Source: Cyanobacteriota bacterium (GTDB taxonomy: Bacteria > Cyanobacteriota > Cyanobacteriia > Thermostichales > Thermostichaceae). Taken from it: DNA of 64,000 nt. The notes beneath the pieces are model-generated. The model was not told the origin of the DNA, did not search any database, and saw only the letters and a list, made by a program, of their open reading frames with translations. The stretch spans positions 24,486 through 88,485 of the forward strand of contig JANRIL010000046.1 in NCBI GenBank assembly GCA_033764955.1, in the 5' to 3' direction. Of this stretch, positions 1 through 9,256 are shown one piece after another (position 1 is the stretch's first letter; each line of letters starts with the position of its first letter). The translations under genes and the position numbers were made by a program.

Positions 1-48
1 CAAAATCTGGCGACGGCTGAACCCTGCTGCCAATAAACGTCTGGACAT
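1..48 (-). CDS. N-terminus of a probable Tat-exported ABC substrate-binding (BMP-type) protein, truncated by the window edge
   Basis: ATG at 48 reads MSRRLLAAGFSRRQIL (twin-arginine motif). GAGGA RBS upstream; lies downstream of an ABC permease. Confidence 0.45.
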   Translation of the reverse strand, partial: MSRRLLAAGFSRRQIL

Positions 49-121
49 GACATGTTCCTCAATACGGGACAATCAACGCAACATTCTGGACTAAAGACCG
101 GAGCGAGCCAGCATGAGGTCA

Positions 122-1069
122 TCAGCCCGTGCTGCCAAAGACCCCTTTCAACCCCTGGGGCATCCCCCCCCGTTGGGCCGTGGCCGAACTGACAACCAAC
201 ACCGCCAGCGACAAGAGGTAGGGCAGTGTGGCCAAGAGATAGGACGACACCTCCACCCCCATCGATTGCAGCCGCAGGTACAACGCCTCGGATCCACCAA
301 ACAGTAGGGCTGCCGGACAGGCCCAAAAGGGATTCCAGCGGGCCACGATCACCAAGCCCACCGCCACCAGACCTCGTCCAGCGGTCATGTTTTCCGCCCA
401 GGTGAGGGTATAGTCCACCGACAGCGCTGCCCCACCCAGGCCTGAGAGCAAACCCCCGATGCCGATACCCTGCATCTGCACCCACCAGGGTCGGATCCCC
501 ATGCTGCGGGAAGCCGGAATCGATTCCCCTACCGCCCGCCAGATCAATCCCGTGTGGGTGCCATAGACCAAGACCCCGATGACGGGCACCAGCAGCAGCG
601 ACAGCAGGATAGTCGGGGTCAACTCCCCCACCACCGCGCCCAATCCACTGATCTTTTGCCCCACGTAGGCTCGCCCCCAGTAGGCACTGAGGCCGGATCC
701 CAGCACCCACACCGCGACACCGCTGGCGATGGCATTGGTGCGTAAACCCACGCAGAGCAGCATGTGCAAGCTCGACAGGGCCAGCCCGGCCAGGGATCCC
801 GCCAGCAAGCCCAGCCAGGGGTTTTGGCTGATCACCGTGACGGCAAAACCAACGCAGGCCCCCAGCAGCATTTGCCCTTCCACCCCCAAATTGATCACCC
901 CCGTCAGTTGGGTCAGGGTTTCCCCCACCACCACAAACAGAATGGGAGAGGCACTACGCAGCGTGGCCCACAACCAACCGGAGGTCATCTCTGGGGGAGC
1001 ACTGACCAGTAGGGCGACCGCTACCACCAGAACGACCCCCAGGGAGCGCCACCGCCTCCGAAACGGCAT
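122..1069 (-). CDS. ABC transporter permease (nucleoside/purine type)
   Basis: GVINLGVEGQMLLGA, RAVGE and GRGLVAVGLV motifs; highly hydrophobic. Start placed at ATG 1069; the ORF track extends to 1300. Confidence 0.85.
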   Translation of the reverse strand: MPFRRRWRSLGVVLVVAVALLVSAPPEMTSGWLWATLRSASPILFVVVGETLTQLTGVINLGVEGQMLLGACVGFAVTVISQNPWLGLLAGSLAGLALSSLHMLLCVGLRTNAIASGVAVWVLGSGLSAYWGRAYVGQKISGLGAVVGELTPTILLSLLLVPVIGVLVYGTHTGLIWRAVGESIPASRSMGIRPWWVQMQGIGIGGLLSGLGGAALSVDYTLTWAENMTAGRGLVAVGLVIVARWNPFWACPAALLFGGSEALYLRLQSMGVEVSSYLLATLPYLLSLAVLVVSSATAQRGGMPQGLKGVFGSTG

Positions 1070-1164
1070 TAACGATGGGATCACGAAGGCCGCTCCTACG
1101 CCCAGGGAATGTCCCAGCATCTTAGGGATCCCGCCGGAAAACATCCGTAGCTGGCGATACACAA

Positions 1165-1182
1165 TATAGGATATATCCTGTA
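1165..1182. promoter_or_regulatory. Palindromic operator candidate for the GntR regulator
   Basis: Perfect palindrome AGGATATATCCT (1168-1179) between the divergent permease and GntR genes. Confidence 0.5.
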
Positions 1183-1243
1183 GGCGATTTGCATTTCCCC
1201 ATCCACAGCGGATGATGGAAGCATCGCTTCGCCGTATCCTCCC

Positions 1244-1918
1244 ATGACTGCTGTCAAACCTGTGCTTGCTTCCTTGGCCGGGATCCCGCGCACCACCCAA
1301 GCCACCGTCACCGAGCAGTTGCGGCGAGCTATTTTATCGGGGGCATTGCCAGGGGGATCCCGACTGACCCAGGCGGAACTGGCCAACGCCTTTCAGGTCA
1401 GCATTACCCCAGTGCGCGAGGCCCTACGCGAACTGAGCACCCAAGGGTTGATCGAGCTGGATGCCTTTCGCTGTGCGGTTGTCCATACACCGACATTGAA
1501 AGAACTGGAAGAAATTTATGAACTGCGGCAGGTGTTGATTCCCTACACCGTGGAGCATGGGATCGCCAAAATCTCACCGGAGGAACTCCGGCAAGCCGAG
1601 ACGCTGCTGACCACCATGGAGCGGGAAACGGATCAATCGCTGTGGGTGGATCTGAATCGCCAATTTCACAATCTCCTGGAGCAGGCCGTGGACAACTCCC
1701 ATGTGCAAGCCACCCTGCGCCGCCTCTCCGATTTTTCGGCAATTTACGTCAATTTGTCCTTTGCCAAGCAACCCCTGCAAAAGGAAGACTCGGAGCGGGA
1801 ACACCGTCAAATCCTGCAAGCCTATCAGGATCGGGATCCCGTGTTGGCCACCCAATTAACCTTGGCTCACGTCAGCGCTACATTGGTGGCCGCGAGACAG
1901 GTATTTAGGCAGGAGTAA
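1244..1918 (+). CDS. GntR family (FadR/FCD) transcriptional regulator
   Basis: wHTH motif LRRAILSG..PG.RL...ELA..F.VS.TPVREAL; FCD C-terminus with NRQFH and EH..I motifs. Confidence 0.92.
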   Translation: MTAVKPVLASLAGIPRTTQATVTEQLRRAILSGALPGGSRLTQAELANAFQVSITPVREALRELSTQGLIELDAFRCAVVHTPTLKELEEIYELRQVLIPYTVEHGIAKISPEELRQAETLLTTMERETDQSLWVDLNRQFHNLLEQAVDNSHVQATLRRLSDFSAIYVNLSFAKQPLQKEDSEREHRQILQAYQDRDPVLATQLTLAHVSATLVAARQVFRQE

Positions 1919-1991
1919 GGTGTCTCGTCAATTCAATGCCCTCATGGCCAGCAGTGATAGCTCACCCTTTTAAGCAGATTGTTAGGCTTGC

Positions 1992-3101
1992 ATGGAGAAA
2001 TTTGGTGCTATGGAAATAGAAGGTTTAAAAGCGCTGAACGTTTTCGTTGATTCATCAATATTTATCGGCAAAAACTACAGATATGAGCACCCTTCGTTTG
2101 TTGCTCTCAAGGATGCTGTATCGGCAGGGCGAGCCAATTTGCTGATTACGGATATAACCATAGAGGAAGTGAAGGCGCATATAGATAACGATGTTAGCGA
2201 GTCTTCGCAAGCTCTTAAGAAAGTTCATGGTGGGGTAAAGATTCTTAGAAACATTGCTAAGCTAAGTGATTCAGCCATATTCAATGATATTGATCGCGCA
2301 TCCGTCGGTGAGGAGCTTTATAAGCAGTTTGAACAGTTTTTGACAGATGCCAGGACAGTCATCGTTTCAGTATCGGAGGCCAACACGCGGTCTGTCTTTG
2401 ATTGCTACTTCAAGCGTGCTGCGCCATTTGGCGAAGGAAAAAAGAAGAGCGATTTTCCTGATGCATTTGCATTATCGGCATTGAACGAATGGGCGGAATC
2501 AGAGCAGGAGGATGTATTCGTTGTAAGCCAAGATTCAGACATGAATGGAATCGAAGTCGATTTTCCGTGTTTGTCAGCACTTAGCTCACTGGAAGAGTTT
2601 CTGGGCAAAGTTACTTCATACTTTGAGGAACTCGCTCCGCTAGCTCAGCAGTTGTTGGAAGACAATTTTGGCCAAATTGCGGATATTCTTGAAGAAAGAT
2701 TTCAGTGGCTTGGCTTCGTATTGGCGGATCAAGATGGTGATGTGAATGAAACTAGAGTCACTGAGGTCGGAGAGATTTCTGCCTACCTGATTTCGCTAAC
2801 CCCCGGCTCAAATGGCGAGCCAGCAGAAGCGCGATTTGAGTTGACTACAACCATCGCATATGAAGCGGACGTGTCATATGACAACCTAGAAACGGCGAGT
2901 TATGATAGCGAGGATAAGGTGTTTATCCCTTGGGAGACTGTCGAGCAAACAGTTGAAAGCTCTGAAATAGTTCAGGCTAACCTAAGATTTACGTTTAATA
3001 TGACCGAACCTCGCAATCAAGAAATTAAAGAACTGGATTTGCACACGCCAACGGACGTTTCGGTTTCTACGGAAGAAAACGATGGCTGGCCTTACAAGTA
3101 A
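1992..3101 (+). CDS. PIN-domain protein (DUF4935-like) with acidic C-terminus; cassette 1
   Basis: N-terminal VFVDSSIF, PF...KK..FPDAF and VSQDSD PIN acidic motifs. Confidence 0.7.
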   Translation: MEKFGAMEIEGLKALNVFVDSSIFIGKNYRYEHPSFVALKDAVSAGRANLLITDITIEEVKAHIDNDVSESSQALKKVHGGVKILRNIAKLSDSAIFNDIDRASVGEELYKQFEQFLTDARTVIVSVSEANTRSVFDCYFKRAAPFGEGKKKSDFPDAFALSALNEWAESEQEDVFVVSQDSDMNGIEVDFPCLSALSSLEEFLGKVTSYFEELAPLAQQLLEDNFGQIADILEERFQWLGFVLADQDGDVNETRVTEVGEISAYLISLTPGSNGEPAEARFELTTTIAYEADVSYDNLETASYDSEDKVFIPWETVEQTVESSEIVQANLRFTFNMTEPRNQEIKELDLHTPTDVSVSTEENDGWPYK

Positions 3102-3104
3102 TTG

Positions 3105-3176
3105 GCTTAACACGGCACTGCACCTGACCGCTTTTCCACTACGCTCCAAAGCGGCAGGTGAGTTTAGTCGTTGGGC
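3105..3176 (+). other. attC site 1
   Basis: GCTTAAC...GTTGGGC. Inner arms ACT(G)CACCTG(A)CCGCTTT / AAAGCGGCAGGTGAGT with two unpaired extrahelical bases; 72 bp. Confidence 0.9.
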
Positions 3177-3197
3177 TGCTTCGGGAATTGAAGAGTT

Positions 3198-4574
3198 ATG
3201 AGCTTAAAGAAAATAGAGCTAAAGGGGTTGCGAGGATTCGCAACAGTCCAATATCTAGAATTTGCTATTCCTAATGGGGATCCCGGAAGTGGAATTACTA
3301 CCTTAGTAGGACCTAATAATGGAGGGAAATCCACTGTAATTGAAGCAATCCGTGCATTATCGCTAAGGGACCCACCTAGCTTTACTGTAGGCAAACGAAA
3401 CCAGAAAGCGGGAGATCGAGTTAAAATAACCGTCTTCAATGAGTTAGCGCAAACCAAAGAACTGTGCACTATTGATGCGGGTGGTAGCGAAACTCACTGG
3501 GTTGTTAACAATGATCCCCTTCCCCCTGGAAGTGTATTCGTTTTGCCATCAAGACGCTACTTTAATCCCCTCTTTGGTAAAGCTTCCTCCGAACGGCAGT
3601 CCTACATTATTTCGTACGGTCTACCACAAACACGAGGCTCTGTAATTGACCACTTCGCTTCTAGGTTGTTTCAAGTTCAAAAGAATCGAACTGCGTTCGA
3701 TTCTGTCTTAGGTAAAGTGTTAAGCCCCGTACCTAATTGGACAATTGACCAATCAGATGGAGGTCAGTATTTTCTCAAGTTCGATTTTGGGGGTTTCTAT
3801 CATAACAGTGACGGACTTGGAGAAGGTCTTGTTAGCTTATTCTTTATAATTGACGCTTTATATGATTCCAAGCCCAATGACATAATCGTCATTGATGAGC
3901 CTGAGCTTTCTTTACATCCGTCTTTTCAAAGGAAACTCGCCTCCTTGCTTGTTGATTATGCTTCAAACAGGCAGATTATTATTGCTACTCATTCACCCTA
4001 TTTTGTTGATTTTCATGCAATAACTAATGGGGCAAAAATTGCCCGTATATATTCCGATGATTTCAATTCCACTATAAGAATGCTCAGTGAAGATTCTGTT
4101 AGTAGGATCAAAGGCTTTCTAAATAACTCATTTAATCCACACGTTCTTGGGCTTGATGCCCGCGAAGTGTTCTTTCTTGAAGAAAGAATAATTCTTGTGG
4201 AAGGTCAAGAAGATGTGGTTTTCTACAAGGATATTTCTTCTCAGTTGGATAAACAGCTTAATGGTAATTTCTTTGGCTGGGGTGTTGGAGGAGCGCATAA
4301 CATGGAAATAATAGCTGCCTTATTACAAGATTTAGGGTTTAAGAAGGTCGTCGGGATTCTAGATGAAGATAAAAAAGAGTTGATACCAGAATTAAAAGGG
4401 AAGTTCCCTGATTACAATTTCTTCAACATTCCTGCAAAAGATGTTCGTACTAAGCCTGCAATTGCTGCGAAAGACTCTGTCATAGGTTTGATTGATAAGT
4501 CGGGGGTGCTTAAACTTGAGTATAAAGATGAGGTTAATGGACTGTTCGATCAAATTAACGCTAAACTTGCATAA
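3198..4574 (+). CDS. ABC-ATPase + TOPRIM (OLD-family-like) ATP-dependent nuclease; cassette 2
   Basis: Walker A GPNNGGKST, Walker B IVIDEPELSLHP, H-loop ATHS, TOPRIM LVEGQED and GILDED. Confidence 0.8.
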   Translation: MSLKKIELKGLRGFATVQYLEFAIPNGDPGSGITTLVGPNNGGKSTVIEAIRALSLRDPPSFTVGKRNQKAGDRVKITVFNELAQTKELCTIDAGGSETHWVVNNDPLPPGSVFVLPSRRYFNPLFGKASSERQSYIISYGLPQTRGSVIDHFASRLFQVQKNRTAFDSVLGKVLSPVPNWTIDQSDGGQYFLKFDFGGFYHNSDGLGEGLVSLFFIIDALYDSKPNDIIVIDEPELSLHPSFQRKLASLLVDYASNRQIIIATHSPYFVDFHAITNGAKIARIYSDDFNSTIRMLSEDSVSRIKGFLNNSFNPHVLGLDAREVFFLEERIILVEGQEDVVFYKDISSQLDKQLNGNFFGWGVGGAHNMEIIAALLQDLGFKKVVGILDEDKKELIPELKGKFPDYNFFNIPAKDVRTKPAIAAKDSVIGLIDKSGVLKLEYKDEVNGLFDQINAKLA

Positions 4575-4579
4575 GCACA

Positions 4580-4666
4580 GCCCAACAACCCTGGTGACGC
4601 GGACTCGCAAGATTGATCTACTATAGCGGCACGTGGCTTTGGAGCTGCTGACCAAGACCGTTAGCC
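4580..4666 (+). other. attC site 2
   Basis: GCCCAAC (exact complement of GTTGGGC at the cassette start)...GTTAGCC; 87 bp with imperfect inner arms. Confidence 0.8.
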
Positions 4667-4678
4667 CAGAAGAGACGC

Positions 4679-5458
4679 ATGATTGAATCGTTGCCGACTT
4701 CGTGGCGGGACTTGCAAGAGCGAGTTGCCCGAATTCTCAACGAGTGTGGCATCGATACTTCCGTCGAGAAGCAAGTCACCCTGGCGCGAGGTAGAGCCAA
4801 AATAGATGTCTGGGCTTATGATGCTTCATCTGTGCCTCCGCAGACCTACATAATCGAGTGCAAGCGATGGTTCGAACCCGTGCCTCAAACGGTTGTCCAC
4901 GCATTTCGCAGCGTTGTCGGAGACTGCGGCGCTAATTGGGGTGCTATCGTGTCGTGCAACGGTTTCCAAAGCGGTGCTTACGAGGCGGCCCAATACTCCA
5001 ACGTACGGCTTCTCACTTGGTATGACTTTCTTGCTCTGTTTGAAACGGCGTGGTTCGATCGCTATTTCTGCCGCATCGTTGCCGAAGCGTCAGAGCCCCT
5101 CATCGAGTACACCGAGACGATCAATTCTCGCATCTTCCGAAAGGCGGATCTTCTCTCAAAAGGGCAACACGAGGAGTTCAAACGTCTTCGCTCTGTCCAC
5201 TTTTCTCTCGCTGCCATCTGCATGATGATGCGGGTGCAGGCAAATGGGGCTCTGCGTCTCGTTCGTGGCGACCATGATTCCATCATGCTCGATATCCCCT
5301 TGCGCCAAGGTATGCGAGGGGCAGCCTCGGAACTACTTGGTACGTTACCCAATTCAATCCTCGATGCCGACTCGTACCGAATTCTGCTGTCTGCGATAAT
5401 CGAAGAGGTAGAGAATGCCATCGCGTCGTTTGATCATCTGTTCGGCGAAAGGGCGTAA
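4679..5458 (+). CDS. Restriction endonuclease-like protein (Mrr_cat, PD-(D/E)XK); cassette 3
   Basis: W..LQ..VA.IL...G, KIDVW...IIECK and GFQSGA motifs. Confidence 0.8.
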   Translation: MIESLPTSWRDLQERVARILNECGIDTSVEKQVTLARGRAKIDVWAYDASSVPPQTYIIECKRWFEPVPQTVVHAFRSVVGDCGANWGAIVSCNGFQSGAYEAAQYSNVRLLTWYDFLALFETAWFDRYFCRIVAEASEPLIEYTETINSRIFRKADLLSKGQHEEFKRLRSVHFSLAAICMMMRVQANGALRLVRGDHDSIMLDIPLRQGMRGAASELLGTLPNSILDADSYRILLSAIIEEVENAIASFDHLFGERA

Positions 5459-5462
5459 AAGG

Positions 5463-5551
5463 GGCTAACCAAGCGTTGGAGCAGACTCGCGATAGCGTCC
5501 TGCGGTATGGTGAGGTTGTTGGCTGTTAGCTGCTGAGCTTTTTCGTTAACC
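5463..5551 (+). other. attC site 3
   Basis: GGCTAAC (exact complement of GTTAGCC at the cassette start)...GTTAACC; 89 bp. Shares GACTCGC and AGCTGCTGA with attC 2. Confidence 0.8.
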
Positions 5552-5567
5552 CTTACGATCTAAAACA

Positions 5568-5681
5568 GTGCTCAACGCCTTACGGCATCACAGGCAAAAG
5601 CACGCATCTAGGTACAGACAGACATAACATAAATAGTGGAGCGGCCTGCTCAACCCCTAAGGGCATTGGCAGACCCAAAGA
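5568..5681 (-). CRISPR. Orphan CRISPR mini-array, type I-B-like repeat (1 full repeat, 42-nt spacer, 1 degenerate repeat)
   Basis: The minus strand at 5603-5568 reads GTGCTTTTGCCTGTGATGCCGTAAGGCGTTGAGCAC (36 nt, GCC-GTAA-GGC hairpin, TTGAGCAC handle). A degenerate copy ATGCCCTTAGGGGTTGAGCAG ends at 5646. No cas genes in the window. Confidence 0.7.
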
Positions 5682-5933
5682 TATTAGGGATAAGAAACCA
5701 GCCGTTTTCTCAAACAAACTATGCCTGACTCCCTGGGAGGGTACCAGCCAAGCGGTCCCTTGAAGGGATAGCCCCCACGCTCGTGATAGATTTTGATGAT
5801 TGAGCAACTTCATAGGGAAGATCCGCTGGCTAAAGTCCGGTTTACGTTTAGCAGGGATAGGAACTTTAGTTTGCTTTCCAGCCATCTCAATATCATCTAA
5901 ATCCCCCGATCTAAACAAATTAAGCCAATCGCT

Positions 5934-6551
5934 TTGGATACTTTCCCAAACATGCTTAAGACCGATCGCTCTTGCCTGAGCCTGCTCCGCTGTTGTCGAT
6001 GGTTAGTCTGTTGGGGACTGATTCTTGGTTTGACCGGCTTAGCATGGGAAATCAACCTGGGTCGCCCAGCCCATGCCCAGCCCCCTCCGGTTGAAGCCGC
6101 AGCAAGGCAGGTCATTAGTCGAGAAGAGGCGGAGCAACGGCTAGCGGTGATTGCTCAGGCAATGGAGTCGATTCGGTTGTGTAACCGCCCTGGCTGTCGC
6201 TTTTTGCAAATTAATAGCCAGGTTCATCCCCAGGATGCTGAGCAACCCTCCCCCATCTACACAGGCGAGATCAACGCCATCATCGATCGCCCCGCCGCTA
6301 CCCTCGACAAAGCCCATTACCAGCTTGAATTTCGGGAGGGGCGCTGGCGTCTGTTGGGTGGAGAGGAGCTATCGGATGTTTCCTCCTTCTTTTTTGACGG
6401 AGATGAATATGAAGTATTTAGTTCCTACAGTGGGCGTACCCGCATCGAAAAGCTGCAAAACGCCAGTCCAAATCTTCGCATTGGCTATGGAGCACTCTAC
6501 TTTCAAATCATGCAGGCGGGGGTGGAAAAGCTCGCTCCCGACCCCTCCTAA
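5934..6551 (+). CDS. Hypothetical exported protein
   Basis: 205-aa ORF with a hydrophobic signal-like segment ending PAHA. Confidence 0.6.
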   Translation: MDTFPNMLKTDRSCLSLLRCCRWLVCWGLILGLTGLAWEINLGRPAHAQPPPVEAAARQVISREEAEQRLAVIAQAMESIRLCNRPGCRFLQINSQVHPQDAEQPSPIYTGEINAIIDRPAATLDKAHYQLEFREGRWRLLGGEELSDVSSFFFDGDEYEVFSSYSGRTRIEKLQNASPNLRIGYGALYFQIMQAGVEKLAPDPS

Positions 6552-6592
6552 GGAATGACCAACTCACGGGCGGGATCCCCTTTCCACCCAAA

Positions 6593-7567
6593 TTAGGCAG
6601 GAATTCGCCCTCCTCCCATCAAATAAAGCAAAGCCATGCGGATCGCCACCCCATCGGTGACTTGCTGATCAATCAAGCTCACGCCAGGATCTTCCATCAA
6701 GTCAGAGGTAATTTCCACACCGCGATTCACCGGCCCCGGATGGAGCAATTTGACATCGGGATGACATCCAGCCAAGCGCTCCCGATTCAGTCCGTAGAGG
6801 TGATGATAGTCCCGCAGGCTAGGCAAGAGGTGCTGTTGCATCCGTTCTTGCTGCAACCGCAGCGCCATGACAAAACGTGCCCCTTCTAGAGCCGTTTGGA
6901 GTTGCCAGTGAATGGAGATCCCCCACTCCGCAAAAGTTGAGGGTAGGAGGGTGGGGGGACCTGCTAGGTGGAGATCAGCTCCCAGCGTTTTCAGACACCA
7001 GATGTTGGATCGGGCAACCCGCGAATGCAAAATATCGCCGACGATGGCAATTTTGACCCCCCGCAGTAGAGTGGGATCCGGTTGCTGGGGATTGAGGTGG
7101 CTGCATAAGGTAAACATATCCAACAGACCTTGGGTGGGATGTTCGTGTTGTCCATCCCCCGCATTCAACACCCCGGCGGGGGATCCCTTCCGTTCCACCT
7201 CCTGGGCCATCTGTATGGGCACGCCCGCTTGGGCATGGCGCACCACCAAAATATCGGTTCCCATCGCCAAAAAAGTGCGGGTGGTATCGAGGATGGTTTC
7301 GCCTTTGCTGAGGGAGGAGGTGCCAGGGGCAAAGTTTAAGACATCCGCCGACAGTCGTTTAGCGGCCAATTCAAAGCTGTTGCGGGTACGGGTGGAGGCT
7401 TCAAAAAATAAGTTGGCGACCACTTTGCCCTGTAGGGTAGGAACTTTGGGCAACCGCCGCGACAGGACTTCCCGAAAGCTAGCCGCCGTTTGCACCACTA
7501 TTTCATATTCGCTGGGGGTAAAGTCTGCTAACCCCAACACATGCCGCCGATGCCAAGCCACCGCCAT
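6593..7567 (-). CDS. pyrB: Aspartate carbamoyltransferase catalytic subunit
   Basis: [20 protein letters not shown] and HPGPVNRG motifs. Confidence 0.97.
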   Translation of the reverse strand: MAVAWHRRHVLGLADFTPSEYEIVVQTAASFREVLSRRLPKVPTLQGKVVANLFFEASTRTRNSFELAAKRLSADVLNFAPGTSSLSKGETILDTTRTFLAMGTDILVVRHAQAGVPIQMAQEVERKGSPAGVLNAGDGQHEHPTQGLLDMFTLCSHLNPQQPDPTLLRGVKIAIVGDILHSRVARSNIWCLKTLGADLHLAGPPTLLPSTFAEWGISIHWQLQTALEGARFVMALRLQQERMQQHLLPSLRDYHHLYGLNRERLAGCHPDVKLLHPGPVNRGVEITSDLMEDPGVSLIDQQVTDGVAIRMALLYLMGGGRIPA

Positions 7568-7699
7568 AAAGCCTCATTATTGATGCCACTAACCATTTTT
7601 GAGTCTGAGCTAGCAAAGTTTTAGTTAGGGGTTATTCACTTTCCGCATTTTGACATGTTCCCGCGAGGCTTCCTCCCTCTAGATAAAGGCTGAACGGAG

Positions 7700-9256
7700 T
7701 CAATCGGCTACTGGCTCACACGTCTGCACAATGGCGGCCACGAGGGCTTCTAGGGTGTAGGGATCCGCCACAATATCCACCCGCCCCCAGAGGTTTTCAC
7801 AGGTTTCGGCGGTTTTAGGGCCAATCGCGGCGATTTTGGGCTTTTTCATCCATGCCCAGGGATCCCCATCTGCTGCTGCCTGTTGCAATAACTGCCAAAA
7901 GTGGGAAACGGTCTTGGAACTGGCAAAGGTGAGGATGTCAATCTGCTCTTGCTGTAATGCCCAGATCACCGGCGGGTCGGCTTGCGTAGGACATTGGGAC
8001 TGATAAGCGGCTACTTCACAAACCTCTGCTCCTAAGGCTTGCCATGCCTGAACGAGGGTTTCTCGTCCACCTGATTCCACCCGTGGAAAGAGAATGGTTT
8101 GCTGGTGGGGGTTGGGTAAAGCGGTGACCAGAGCATCCGCTACAAATTCATGGGGGATTACGTCTGCGCGCAATCCATATTCAGCCAGGGTGGCGGCGGT
8201 TTTGGTTCCTACCACCATAATCTTTAGCCCTGCCAGGGCACGGCTATCTCGTTGATGATGGTGCAGCCGCTCAAAGAAGTAGCGGACGGCATTGGCGGAG
8301 GTGAGGCAAAGCCAGGTAAAACGAGGCAGGTGGAGAATCGCCTGATCTAAAGGACGCCAATCACTGGGGGGAACGATCTCTAGAGTGGGCATTTCCAGAA
8401 CCCGTGCCCCTTGGCTGTGGAGGAGATTTCGCAGGGGAGAACTTTGGCTGTCGGCGCGGGTGACTAAAACCGTCTTACCCCTGAGGGGCAGGGTAGGGGG
8501 TGGGGGCGGCAGATGGGGCTGGAGGGTGGGGCGAAAGTTGACTACGGATCCCACCACAATCACACTGGGGGGCTGGAGGGAAGTGGGCGGGTGGTGCAGG
8601 GATCCGATCTCCACCTGTTGTTGGGGGGATCCGGCCTGGCCAATCACCGCCACCGGACAATCAAGAGGTTTGCCTGCTTGCCGCAGTTTTTGACAGAGGG
8701 AAGGCAAGGGTTGGGATCCCATCAGGATGACCAGAGTATCCAGGCTAGCCAGTTCGGCCCACGGCAGTAGGTCGAGGTCATGGGCAGTCAAAACGGCAAA
8801 ACAACGGCTGAGGGTTTTGTGGGTGAGGGGAATGCCCGCCAAAAGGGGAGCGGTCAACGCCGATGAGAGTCCTGGCAGGATCTCAAACGCACACCCCGCC
8901 GCCTGCAACGCCGCCACTTCTTCTAGGGCACGGCCAAAGATCAAAGGATCCCCCGCTTTCAGCCGCACCACCTGCTGCCCCGCTCGATAACGTTCAATCA
9001 TCTGGGCATGGATATCCGCCTGCACCACCGGCGCGGGGATAGGGGATCCCGCTCGTTTGCCGACGCGGATCACTTGAGCCTTGGGGGGAAGGCTAGCCAC
9101 CACCGATTCCTCCACTAGCGCATCCACGAAGACCACATCCGCTTGTTGCAAGACCCGCTGCCCCTGCACCGTCAGCGCATCTACTCCTCCCAAGCCTGCC
9201 CCCATCAGATAAATTTTGGGTGGTGGGGAGGGGGAAGTTGGCACGGCATCATCCAT
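7700..9256 (-). CDS. cobA/hemD: Uroporphyrinogen-III C-methyltransferase / uroporphyrinogen-III synthase fusion
   Basis: RLKAGDPLIFGR methyltransferase motif, then a HemD domain (LVTR, TSANAV, FASSKTV, IGPKTA). Confidence 0.92.
   Translation of the reverse strand: MDDAVPTSPSPPPKIYLMGAGLGGVDALTVQGQRVLQQADVVFVDALVEESVVASLPPKAQVIRVGKRAGSPIPAPVVQADIHAQMIERYRAGQQVVRLKAGDPLIFGRALEEVAALQAAGCAFEILPGLSSALTAPLLAGIPLTHKTLSRCFAVLTAHDLDLLPWAELASLDTLVILMGSQPLPSLCQKLRQAGKPLDCPVAVIGQAGSPQQQVEIGSLHHPPTSLQPPSVIVVGSVVNFRPTLQPHLPPPPPTLPLRGKTVLVTRADSQSSPLRNLLHSQGARVLEMPTLEIVPPSDWRPLDQAILHLPRFTWLCLTSANAVRYFFERLHHHQRDSRALAGLKIMVVGTKTAATLAEYGLRADVIPHEFVADALVTALPNPHQQTILFPRVESGGRETLVQAWQALGAEVCEVAAYQSQCPTQADPPVIWALQQEQIDILTFASSKTVSHFWQLLQQAAADGDPWAWMKKPKIAAIGPKTAETCENLWGRVDIVADPYTLEALVAAIVQTCEPVAD

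Larger units (their letters stand above)
1981..5551 (+). mobile_element. Integron gene-cassette array without a nearby integrase (CALIN), 3 cassettes
   Basis: Each ORF starts shortly after a GTTRRRY-like core and ends before a complementary RYYYAAC box followed by an imperfect palindrome. No intI in the window. Confidence 0.85.

Noticed and set aside
5580..5918. 112-aa minus-strand ORF
   Set aside because: Runs through the CRISPR repeats and spacer and has no recognisable motif; likely spurious.
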